Positions 36,124 to 45,093 of a DNA stretch of 64,000 bases are shown here, piece after piece (within the stretch, counting starts at the first letter, position 1; each line of letters starts with the position of its first letter). The notes beneath the pieces were generated by a model. That model was not told the origin of the DNA. It saw nothing but the letters and a program-made list of their open reading frames with translations, and did no database searches. Position numbers and translations under genes: made by a program. Source of the stretch: a virus (Duplodnaviria; Caudoviricetes). The DNA is taken from positions 1 to 64,000 of the IMG/VR virus record IMGVR_UViG_3300037067_024509; one strand, written 5' to 3'.

Positions 36124-36766
36124 GTTCACGTTGTTTTTTAAATTCTTCTTCATCTTTTAGGAATTTTTCACGTTCCAATCTTGATATTAATATTAATTCC
36201 CACCATTTTATTATATCATTTTTATGAATAATTACCCAAAACCCAACTTTATTATATCCAAATAAAGCACAATGTGCAACTTGTTTATCACGATCTAGTA
36301 TACTATTTTTCCATGTTGAAATAGTTGAATGATATAAAGTTAATGCAGATGGATAGTTGCCTTCCCATTCATGTACTGATAATTTATTATTAGTGTTATT
36401 TTTAAGTTGATTATATATTGTTTCTGAATCATTATTATGGAAACACCATATATCACTTGTTTTTGATATTATTTTATTATTTTTAATTATTGGTAATGTT
36501 ATAATATTTATTAATTTTTTTATTTTGTCTGTCTCTAAAAATTTTTCCCATAATTTAATTGTTGAAATATATTGTTTTGAACGTTTACATTCAACATAGA
36601 TTGTTTTATGTGATGAATCTGATTTTGTAGTTCCGCTATTAGATCCACTTAATGGTATACGTCCAGATTTCGTACCAGTCCTATATGCACCTAACCAAAT
36701 ACCACATTTAGATTCTGATTTTTTCCATTGAGTATTTTTCATATTAATATATACCAATTTGTACAC
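36083..36766 (-). CDS. PD-(D/E)XK nuclease, Holliday-junction-resolvase (Hjc)-like
   Basis: WKKSE...R.PLSG...SD..H...YVECKR; true start is probably the internal MKNTQW. Confidence 0.6.
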   Translation of the reverse strand: MYKLVYINMKNTQWKKSESKCGIWLGAYRTGTKSGRIPLSGSNSGTTKSDSSHKTIYVECKRSKQYISTIKLWEKFLETDKIKKLINIITLPIIKNNKIISKTSDIWCFHNNDSETIYNQLKNNTNNKLSVHEWEGNYPSALTLYHSTISTWKNSILDRDKQVAHCALFGYNKVGFWVIIHKNDIIKWWELILISRLEREKFLKDEEEFKKQRELISTPPPLSEISS

Positions 36767-36815
36767 ATATGAACATTTATTAATATTATGAAAATATATA
36801 ATTAGGAGATTATTT

Positions 36816-37034
36816 ATGGGATGTGGATGCGGAAATAAGACAGTAAAATCACAACCTGTGCAAAGGGTTAGTAGTCAAAACAGAAAAATAACCAATGTTG
36901 TATTTAATAATATTAAAAGTTGTCCTAAATGTAAATCAACTATGATTTATAAACAACAATTTGTTGCTAAATTGCGTGGATACATAAAATTGTGGGAGTG
37001 TCCTAAATGCAATTACAAGATAGTTGGTCGTTAA
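36816..37034 (+). CDS. Small Zn-finger protein
   Basis: MGCGCG N-terminus; CPKC...CPKC; RBS aggag. Confidence 0.65.
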   Translation: MGCGCGNKTVKSQPVQRVSSQNRKITNVVFNNIKSCPKCKSTMIYKQQFVAKLRGYIKLWECPKCNYKIVGR

Positions 37035-37402
37035 TTCAATATTTATTAATCTGGATTGCTTTTGCAATATTTGTAGAATCATTTACTGAAATTATTGTTA
37101 ATGCTGGGCCATTAGAAGGATTTAGAGGATTTATTGCTAGAAGGGGCAAAATATGCGGAATAGATTTTGCAGAATTAATAACATGTGGGTATTGTTGTTC
37201 TGTATGGATAGCATTTTTTGTTGCATGGATGTTGCCATCATTTATCTTTAGTGATGCAAAATTTTGGGATTACCTTAGTGTTAAACATATTATAGTATTT
37301 GTTGATAAATATTTATATTGGATTTTTAATTGGATAGTATTACATAGATTGTCTAATATGATTCATATTAGATTAAAGCCAGTCAAGATCGAAGTACCAT
37401 AA
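37007..37402 (+). CDS. Membrane protein, DUF1360-like
   Basis: Hydrophobic helices with ELITCGYCCSVWIA. Confidence 0.6.
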   Translation: MQLQDSWSLIQYLLIWIAFAIFVESFTEIIVNAGPLEGFRGFIARRGKICGIDFAELITCGYCCSVWIAFFVAWMLPSFIFSDAKFWDYLSVKHIIVFVDKYLYWIFNWIVLHRLSNMIHIRLKPVKIEVP

Positions 37403-37414
37403 TAGAAAGATAAT

Positions 37415-37852
37415 ATGAAAAAAGAAATTAAAAGTATAGAAATTAAAACTGTTAATGATATTAGGAAAGCTTTAATTCCATTTATTAATAATTCTAAAAA
37501 AGATGATATTATTATTTCTGGAGAATTTGCATGGAACGATGAAGAAAATAATCAAAAAATGAAAACTAAATTTTCTGTTGATAATAAAAATATAGGTCTT
37601 AAGGATTTATTAATTGAGGGATTTGATCAAGTTAAGCAGCAAGAAAATACATGGAATATGTTACATGATGCTTTAGATGATGATGAATTTTCTGTAACAT
37701 TGCCACGTATTGATATAGATAATTTTCATATGCCTGTTGATAGATTGATAAAGAGCAGATTAGGTGGTAAACGTAAAGGACATTCTGTTGTTTGGAATAT
37801 TAATAATCATGTATATGAGTTTAACCCATATACATGTGAGTTTAAGGAATAA
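37415..37852 (+). CDS. Hypothetical protein
   Basis: 145-aa ORF in the operon. Confidence 0.55.
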   Translation: MKKEIKSIEIKTVNDIRKALIPFINNSKKDDIIISGEFAWNDEENNQKMKTKFSVDNKNIGLKDLLIEGFDQVKQQENTWNMLHDALDDDEFSVTLPRIDIDNFHMPVDRLIKSRLGGKRKGHSVVWNINNHVYEFNPYTCEFKE

Positions 37853-37854
37853 TT

Positions 37855-38130
37855 ATGAAAGAAGTTCAAGTAGATTTAATAAAATTTGCTGATTTAACTA
37901 TTTGGGCACCAAAATTAGGTGATGTGATATTTAGAGATGGTATCTTTTCAAGATGGTTTGCAGTGGTATGTGGTGTTGATAAAGATTTGTTATTGGTAAG
38001 AAAAGCTGGTAATATTAGATTACTTGTAATGAATGATTATGAAGAAGTAAAGTTAAATGTGAGAAAGATAAAAAATTCCATGATAGGATCATATAATGTT
38101 ATTAGTTCAGATGGTGTATATTACGCATGA
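37855..38130 (+). CDS. Hypothetical protein (SH3-like)
   Basis: PKLGDVIF...W.AVV pattern. Confidence 0.55.
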   Translation: MKEVQVDLIKFADLTIWAPKLGDVIFRDGIFSRWFAVVCGVDKDLLLVRKAGNIRLLVMNDYEEVKLNVRKIKNSMIGSYNVISSDGVYYA

Positions 38131-38657
38131 ATAAATGTGTAATACCTGATTTTGTTGATTATCCTACATTTTTTGATGTAAAGGAATATTCTAAATTATT
38201 CAATAATTTATATTCATATATTATTGTACCATATAGTTTAGATGATGGATACTCATTATATATTGGATTTAGGAATGGATATGTTTTTGTTAGGTTGTCT
38301 GATTTTAAATCAAATGAATATAAAATATCTGATTCAAAATATAAACCAATTTTAAAGTATGTTAGTAAACTGGTTAATTTAATGAAAACTGCTAGGATAG
38401 TTGAATCTTGTTATTATTTTTCGAATAAATCTAATCCAGTGTTAGTAGATGTTATGATATCAGCTAATAAATTCCTTGGTCCAGGAATGATAAGAGATAT
38501 ATATAAGAAGATTCTTCCGACACAAGAAATAGTTGAAATAGCTACTGTATCATCTGATAACCTTTCAAAATATATGGGAAAGTTTATAAAGCCTAGTAGA
38601 TTTAAATATTTAATTGAAGATAAAGAATTTAGACCACTATATGGGATAGTAAAATGA
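38127..38657 (+). CDS. Hypothetical protein
   Basis: 176-aa ORF with ATGA coupling on both sides. Confidence 0.6.
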   Translation: MNKCVIPDFVDYPTFFDVKEYSKLFNNLYSYIIVPYSLDDGYSLYIGFRNGYVFVRLSDFKSNEYKISDSKYKPILKYVSKLVNLMKTARIVESCYYFSNKSNPVLVDVMISANKFLGPGMIRDIYKKILPTQEIVEIATVSSDNLSKYMGKFIKPSRFKYLIEDKEFRPLYGIVK

Positions 38658-41548
38658 AATATTTATTTTTAAATCATAATACATTTACTATCCAATTACC
38701 AGATAATAATGGCAGAATGGTTGTTTTTGCAAAACATCAAAAAATAGTTCTTGATGAATATTTCAAAAGATATGTTCCAAAACATTTATCAATAGTTAGA
38801 GTAGCAGATAATTCAAAACAAAATCTGCAACAACCGAGAAGAATAGAAGTTAATAAAGTTAGAAATGTAGTATTAAATAATAAAATAATTACTAATAAAG
38901 CTAAAGTAATTGTACAAAGCAAGAATAGACCAGTAGCATTTAGTCAGAATAGAAGAATAGTTGGTAAAGTAGGTCATTCAGGAGTAAGAGCAACGGAATT
39001 TTCTGTAGCTAAAATTAAAAATGATATAATATCTATATCAAATAATATAGGAGTAGGAATATTAAGTTACAATAGATTGCAATCATTAGCTGGACTGATT
39101 ACATCAATTAGGAAATATACTGATTTAACAAGAACAACAATATTTGTAAGTGATGAAAGTACTGATCCAAAAGTATGGGAATGGTTAAAAGATCAAAAAG
39201 ACATTATAGCATTTACTAATCCAAGAATTGGCATAGCTGGTAACACAAATAGATTATTAAGATGTTTAGATAGATTTAAATATAAATTGTTGTTAAATGA
39301 TGATGTAGAAATATTAGCTAATGGGTGGGATATATTTTATTTTAATAAAATGGTTGATACTAATATAAAACACTTTTGTTATAGACAAACAGGTGTTTAT
39401 AATGCTACTAGACCAGTGGCTAATAAATCAGGAATTATAACAGTCCAAGATAAACCACATGGTGCTGTATTAGCTATTCATGATGATGCATTTAGAAAAG
39501 TTGGATTTATGGATGAATCATTTGGAATTTATGGATATGAGCATGTTGATTATAGCGATAGAATAATGCGTGCAGGATTTACGCCAAATGGATATCATGA
39601 TGTATTAAATTCTGATCAATATTTTAAAATTTACAATGATAAGACATCTGATGAACAAAAATCAGAACATTATCAAAAAGCTAGAACATTATATTCAGAT
39701 GTAAAAAATGACAAATCAAGAATATATATTGGAACATCTGAAAAATCGGCTTTACCATCTGTATCATATGTTATACCATTTAGAGATATTGGTAGATCAG
39801 GCTGTATTGAAACTGTAATTCAAAATGTTAGAGCACAAAGATTCCCAATTATTCAAATAGTTTTAGTTGAACAAGATGATAATAATATAAATAAAGACAG
39901 ACATTTATGTATCGATTACGTTTTTTCTAAAAATAAGAAGCAAGGATTACCATTCTGTAAATCACAAGCTTTTAATGATGGAGTTGAAATAGCTAAGAAT
40001 AATAATATTATTTTACATGATGCTGATATGTTAGTACGTGGTGATTATACAACTATTATGAATGATCTTTTGAATAAAAATGAATCTGTTCATATTGGTG
40101 CAACTGTTTGTTATATGACAAAAGAATCAACAGATAAAATAATAACTGAATATAAAATAAATGAAAATAATGTATCTTCAGATAGAATAGTAAATTATTA
40201 TGAAGGTGGATCACTTGGTATAAGGAAAGATGTCTACGTTAGAATTGGAGGATTTAGTGAAGAATTTGTGGGCTACGGTTGTTTTTCTAGAGGCAATTTT
40301 GTATTAACTAATAATGGAATGGTTGATATTGCAAATATCAATGTTGGTGATAGTGTGATGACTCACACTGGTAAATATCAAAAAGTTACCAAAAAGTTTA
40401 GCAGAAATTACAATGGTACTGTTTTTAATATTTTTGTACCAGGCAAATTACCAATCAAAGGAGTTACATTAGAACATCCGTTTAAAATTGAAAATAAATG
40501 GATTATGGCAAAAGATTTAAAAATTGGAATGAATATAACTGAACAAAAAAATATTTTGGATATGGTAATTGAACAGAATTTATTAGATATAATTAGTAAT
40601 GATAAATCTAAAAATAAAATAGATAAAAAAGATTTATATTCAGATGACATGGCATTCATTATTGGATTATTTTTAGCTGAGGGAGTTGTAAAATTAAATA
40701 AAGCTGTTTATTTTTATATTCATAAAAACGAAAAAGAATTATTAAATAAAATTGTTAAATCAATTATAAACATTTTACCTAATGCTTCAATAAAATATCA
40801 TTATATAAAAAATAATTGTAGAGAAATAAGAATTTTCAATTCACAATTAGCAAAAATTGTGAATGCAATATCGCCAAAAGCTAGAGCAAGAACAAAAGTT
40901 ATAGCTAAATGGTATATTGATAAATTATCAATAAGTTCTAAATTATCTATTATTAATGGTTTAATAGATGGTGATGGTAATAAACAAAATGGTTCACAAA
41001 ATAGATTTGTTTATACAACAGGAAGTATTAATTTAGCCAATACAGTTTCTACTATTATGAGTTTGTTAGGTATTAAACATTCATTTGGTAAAAGAATTAC
41101 AGGAGGATTTAAAATAAATGAATATTATGATATTACAATTAATAAATCATCAGAACATTTATTAAATATAGCCACTGGTTGTAAACAAAGTTTCAATAAA
41201 AAAGAAGTTTCAAGACATAATCATATTTATAAAATAACACCAGTAATTTTTGATGGTACTGTTTATAATATGGAAGTAGAAAATGATAATTCATATATTG
41301 TTAATGGTATTGTTGTACATAATTGCGAAGACTGTGATTTCTTTTGGAAAATTAAAAATGCAACTAAATTATTTAATGAAAGATCTATTAATCTTATGCA
41401 TTTGTTCCACAATAGGAATGATAATTGGCAATCTTATCATGATAAAAATAAATTAATAGAATCTTCAAGAGTATCACAAGGAATAAATAAATCTATAGCC
41501 GATGATGTAAAGGCCAATGAAAAAAGAAATTTTTCTTGTAAAATATAG
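38654..41548 (+). CDS. Double GT-A glycosyltransferase (GT2 plus GT2/GT7-like), intein-containing
   Basis: Domain 1: VGILSYNR, VSDES, LLNDD, VGFMDESFGIYGYEHVDY. Domain 2: VIPFRD, VEQD, FCKSQAFNDG, LHDADM, IGGFSEEFVGYG|intein|CEDCDF. Confidence 0.88.
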   Translation: MKYLFLNHNTFTIQLPDNNGRMVVFAKHQKIVLDEYFKRYVPKHLSIVRVADNSKQNLQQPRRIEVNKVRNVVLNNKIITNKAKVIVQSKNRPVAFSQNRRIVGKVGHSGVRATEFSVAKIKNDIISISNNIGVGILSYNRLQSLAGLITSIRKYTDLTRTTIFVSDESTDPKVWEWLKDQKDIIAFTNPRIGIAGNTNRLLRCLDRFKYKLLLNDDVEILANGWDIFYFNKMVDTNIKHFCYRQTGVYNATRPVANKSGIITVQDKPHGAVLAIHDDAFRKVGFMDESFGIYGYEHVDYSDRIMRAGFTPNGYHDVLNSDQYFKIYNDKTSDEQKSEHYQKARTLYSDVKNDKSRIYIGTSEKSALPSVSYVIPFRDIGRSGCIETVIQNVRAQRFPIIQIVLVEQDDNNINKDRHLCIDYVFSKNKKQGLPFCKSQAFNDGVEIAKNNNIILHDADMLVRGDYTTIMNDLLNKNESVHIGATVCYMTKESTDKIITEYKINENNVSSDRIVNYYEGGSLGIRKDVYVRIGGFSEEFVGYGCFSRGNFVLTNNGMVDIANINVGDSVMTHTGKYQKVTKKFSRNYNGTVFNIFVPGKLPIKGVTLEHPFKIENKWIMAKDLKIGMNITEQKNILDMVIEQNLLDIISNDKSKNKIDKKDLYSDDMAFIIGLFLAEGVVKLNKAVYFYIHKNEKELLNKIVKSIINILPNASIKYHYIKNNCREIRIFNSQLAKIVNAISPKARARTKVIAKWYIDKLSISSKLSIINGLIDGDGNKQNGSQNRFVYTTGSINLANTVSTIMSLLGIKHSFGKRITGGFKINEYYDITINKSSEHLLNIATGCKQSFNKKEVSRHNHIYKITPVIFDGTVYNMEVENDNSYIVNGIVVHNCEDCDFFWKIKNATKLFNERSINLMHLFHNRNDNWQSYHDKNKLIESSRVSQGINKSIADDVKANEKRNFSCKI
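40280..41323 (+). mobile_element. 348-aa intein with LAGLIDADG endonuclease in the glycosyltransferase
   Basis: N-junction VGYG|CFSRGNFVLT; TLEHPF; IGLFLAEG and NGLIDGDG; VYNMEVENDNSYIVNGIVVHN|CED. Confidence 0.95.
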
Positions 41549-41553
41549 CAAAT

Positions 41554-42549
41554 ATGAAAATATTAGTTTCAAAGCCAAACGGCGGTGCATTTCATTATAT
41601 TTCTAAAGGATTTATTAATGCTTTTAAGTCTATTGGATGTGATGCAAAATTTTGGGAAGGTGATACTAAAACTTGGATTGAAACAAATCCAGATATACTT
41701 ATTATAAGTTCTGGACATAGGAGAGTAATACCTGAAAAATATCGTGGTAATACTAAAATAGCTATTCATGTTAATCCTTATGGAACTAAATTAAATCCAA
41801 TTAATGGTTCTGATATTAATGAACCAAAAGAAGCTATTGATTGGACATTATCTCAACGTCCAACAGCAGTATTTGGATATGGATATAAAGATGATGCTAA
41901 TACTTATTGGTCAAGCTGGTTAAAATTACATAATATTCCATTTGTTGGTGTACCAACTGCTGCTGATCATGTTTTATATTATCCATCAGATATAAAAACC
42001 AGAAAAATCGTGTACTTCGGAGGAAGATGGCCATACAAAGCCCATAATATTGATAAGTGGTTATTGCCAGTAATTAATTTAATTAATATTGATATTATGG
42101 GCTGGGGTGGATGGCAAGGCATTAAAGGATATATTGGACCATTATCTGAATCTGATAGTGGAAGAAATTTTATTGCATCAGGAGAAATTGGCCCTTGTAT
42201 TTGTGAACCTCATACTTCACGATATGGTATAGATATTCCAGAAAGATTTTTTAAATTAGCTTTATGTAAAACTTTACCAATTGTTGATTATATTCCAAAT
42301 TTTGATAGGTATTATAATAATGGAACTTATTTAATGGCTAGGGATCCATCTGAATATTGTAATTTGATTATTAATTATGCTAATAATAATGATTTTAAAA
42401 ACAAAAAGAATGAATTAGTTGAAGAAATATATAAACAGACTAAATTAAATCATACTTATCTTAATAGAATGAGAGATTTATGTGTTGGTATGAATATACC
42501 AGAATTAGTTGAAAAATTTGATAATAAAATTAAAGAAATAAATTCTTAA
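41554..42549 (+). CDS. GT-B glycosyltransferase (CgeB/YkvP-like)
   Basis: PTAAD..LYYP, IVYFGG, IMGWGGW, IPERFFKLALC, HTYLNRM. Confidence 0.72.
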   Translation: MKILVSKPNGGAFHYISKGFINAFKSIGCDAKFWEGDTKTWIETNPDILIISSGHRRVIPEKYRGNTKIAIHVNPYGTKLNPINGSDINEPKEAIDWTLSQRPTAVFGYGYKDDANTYWSSWLKLHNIPFVGVPTAADHVLYYPSDIKTRKIVYFGGRWPYKAHNIDKWLLPVINLINIDIMGWGGWQGIKGYIGPLSESDSGRNFIASGEIGPCICEPHTSRYGIDIPERFFKLALCKTLPIVDYIPNFDRYYNNGTYLMARDPSEYCNLIINYANNNDFKNKKNELVEEIYKQTKLNHTYLNRMRDLCVGMNIPELVEKFDNKIKEINS

Positions 42550-42860
42550 TGAAATTAGAATTTTATGCTAAAATTCATAATAACTGTCTTAAAAAATCGT
42601 TTGCATTAATGTGTGGTCTGTGTACATTAAAAATATTTTTACCTGAATTAGATTATAAAATTTTAAAGGAAGAAGTAAAAGGAATTAGTTGGTGTAATGT
42701 TAATGAAAACATGATAAAATGTAAAAATAATTTATATTTAGATGATGAACTTAAGAAAGCACTAAATCCAAAACCTGCATGGGCAAGTTATGAAGAAGAA
42801 TATCCCTATTTTGAAATTTATTGTGATAAAATAATATCAAAAGCCTATATTGAATACTAA
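42549..42860 (+). CDS. Hypothetical protein
   Basis: 103-aa ORF coupled to the GT stop. Confidence 0.5.
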   Translation: MKLEFYAKIHNNCLKKSFALMCGLCTLKIFLPELDYKILKEEVKGISWCNVNENMIKCKNNLYLDDELKKALNPKPAWASYEEEYPYFEIYCDKIISKAYIEY

Positions 42861-43099
42861 CCGCCCATACTTTGAATGACGTTGTTTCTGCATGTGGCAT
42901 GTGCATTTTTAAGTAATTTAGCTGCTGTTATATCATCAGGAAAATAACTCAAAATTGGTTTTCCAGCTACTATAAATATACCTGCATATTGTTGTATTTT
43001 ATTCTTTTTAAGAAGATCTGATAATTCTTTTGAGAATTTATCTATAATTTTTTCATCTTCTTTTGATATTTCTTTAGTAGTTGGCTTATTTTCGTTCAT
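42857..43099 (-). CDS. Hypothetical protein
   Basis: 80-aa ORF with a natural-looking composition. Confidence 0.55.
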   Translation of the reverse strand: MNENKPTTKEISKEDEKIIDKFSKELSDLLKKNKIQQYAGIFIVAGKPILSYFPDDITAAKLLKNAHATCRNNVIQSMGG

Positions 43100-43114
43100 A
43101 GTATTTTATATACT

Positions 43115-43726
43115 GTGGACAGATTTGTTCTAAAAGTAGCTTTAGAATATAAAAATGTCATTGGGTCATTTGGTGGAACATTTAAATTTCCGAAATCTAA
43201 TGATATTTCTGAAACATATCCATATAGAACATTTAATGCTTTTATAAATAAATGCAGATCATTTTCACTGAATAATGATCAAATATTAGAGGTTATACGT
43301 ATTGTTGTTAGATATATGCATAAACATAAATTATCAAGAAGAGGTATAGGAATATTTTCAAGTCCTGATATTGTTGATATTTGTGTTGATGAGTTAAAAC
43401 ATAATGTTATTGTTTCAAATGATATTTTGAAAACATTTATTGAATGCATTAAAATATTAAATTATTATGATGATAAAATTGAATATTTAGTTACTAGGGT
43501 CAATGGTGGATTACCTAATTTAGTTATTCTTAGAAATAAAAGTATTTTTCCAGATCATTTTATATGTTTATCTAAATCTTGTGTTTCTGCATATAATATT
43601 ATAGATATTTCTGATAGAAATATGTTATTGTCTCCAAAAGAATATATTATCTTGAAAATGAAAATTATTAATATGATAGGGTTTGAGAATATAAAAAATG
43701 TACTAGGTATTGAATTTAATGCTTAA
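43115..43726 (+). CDS. Hypothetical protein
   Basis: 203-aa ORF (GTG start) upstream of the primase. Confidence 0.55.
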   Translation: MDRFVLKVALEYKNVIGSFGGTFKFPKSNDISETYPYRTFNAFINKCRSFSLNNDQILEVIRIVVRYMHKHKLSRRGIGIFSSPDIVDICVDELKHNVIVSNDILKTFIECIKILNYYDDKIEYLVTRVNGGLPNLVILRNKSIFPDHFICLSKSCVSAYNIIDISDRNMLLSPKEYIILKMKIINMIGFENIKNVLGIEFNA

Positions 43727-44756
43727 ATTCAATCGTAATAAATATTTAGCTATTAAGAATCAACATAATGGTTATATTAAGCCGACTAATGATCAAATAG
43801 AGTCTTGGATTTCAAAACATTTTGATTATAAAACTGCAAATGATGATCAATTAAGAATATGTAATCCTGATGGTGACACTGAATATAGATTGTGGATATC
43901 AAGATCAAATGCTGCTGTTCATGATTTTAGACCTAATCATCAACAATTTGATGGATCGTTTTTAAAATTTGTTTCAAAATATAAAAATGTTACTTTTAGT
44001 GAAGCGATTAAAGAAGTATGTGGTAATTCGCCAATTATTTCAAGATATACAAACTCTAAAGAGAATGATAACATTCAAAACGATGATCCAATAAAACTTC
44101 CTAACGGATCTGTTTTTATTAAAAATTGTAATGGTAAAGCTAGGGATATGTGTATGTCATATCTTACTAAAGTACGTGGATTATCAGAAGAAATTATTTT
44201 AAAAGCTAAAGTTAATATTCTTGGTACTGGTATGGTATTTCCATACATACAATATGACATGTTAGTATTTTGGCAAATGAGATCACTGATATCAAAAGTT
44301 TTTCAATTTCCTGATGAATCAATTACAAATAAAAAAGCAGGTGATTTTTTATATGGATTTGATGATATAGAACCATGTTCTGAAGTAATAGTTGTTGAAT
44401 CTATATTTAATAGTTTGAGTGTTAATCAAAATTGTGCTGCTACTGGTGGTGCGTCATTAAAAGATGGTCAATTAAAATTATTAAAATCTTTAAATCCAAA
44501 AACAATAATTTTAGCACCTGATAGAGATGAAGCTGGTGTAAAATCAATACAAAAAGATTTTTGTGCTCTAAATAAAATGAGATCTGGAGATTTGTTTAAA
44601 GAAATATATTATTGTCTTCCTCCAAAAGAAATAGTTCAATATGGTAAAAAGGACTGGAATGATATGTTATTACTTAAATATAATGTGTATAAATTTATTA
44701 ATGAAAATAAAAAGTTGGTAACTAATAGACTATTATTTGATGGAATTAAGATTTAG
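43710..44756 (+). CDS. DNA primase (DnaG/gp61-like TOPRIM) with degenerate Zn-binding domain
   Basis: F.EA+..+ helix, YLTKVRGL, VFPY, WQMR, LYGFD, VVESIFNSL, ATGG, PDRDEAG, KDWND. Confidence 0.88.
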   Translation: MNLMLKFNRNKYLAIKNQHNGYIKPTNDQIESWISKHFDYKTANDDQLRICNPDGDTEYRLWISRSNAAVHDFRPNHQQFDGSFLKFVSKYKNVTFSEAIKEVCGNSPIISRYTNSKENDNIQNDDPIKLPNGSVFIKNCNGKARDMCMSYLTKVRGLSEEIILKAKVNILGTGMVFPYIQYDMLVFWQMRSLISKVFQFPDESITNKKAGDFLYGFDDIEPCSEVIVVESIFNSLSVNQNCAATGGASLKDGQLKLLKSLNPKTIILAPDRDEAGVKSIQKDFCALNKMRSGDLFKEIYYCLPPKEIVQYGKKDWNDMLLLKYNVYKFINENKKLVTNRLLFDGIKI

Positions 44757-45036
44757 ATGGTATTGGTACTTCATATAATGTTTCTATCCTGCTAAGATAT
44801 ATTTCTCTATAACCTTTTTTGTATGCTATTGGTGTGTTTTCTCTTAACCATTTAACTTTATTTGGTAAACTATAATTATATAATTTATTCATATTATTTC
44901 TAATTATTGCTGATTCATTTTCATTGACCATATTATCCAATATACAAATAAGTTTTTGGTTATATTCTCCTATTTTTATTACTATTAAATTTTTCTTTTC
45001 TGTTCCAAAAGTATATCTAATCTGTGCTAATATCAT
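44746..45036 (-). CDS. Hypothetical protein
   Basis: 96-aa ORF between the primase and baseplate genes. Confidence 0.55.
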   Translation of the reverse strand: MILAQIRYTFGTEKKNLIVIKIGEYNQKLICILDNMVNENESAIIRNNMNKLYNYSLPNKVKWLRENTPIAYKKGYREIYLSRIETLYEVPIPSKS

Positions 45037-45093
45037 ATTGTTATTTTTTATTTATTAGCTATATGTGAGGATAAATATAATTAAAGGGATAAT

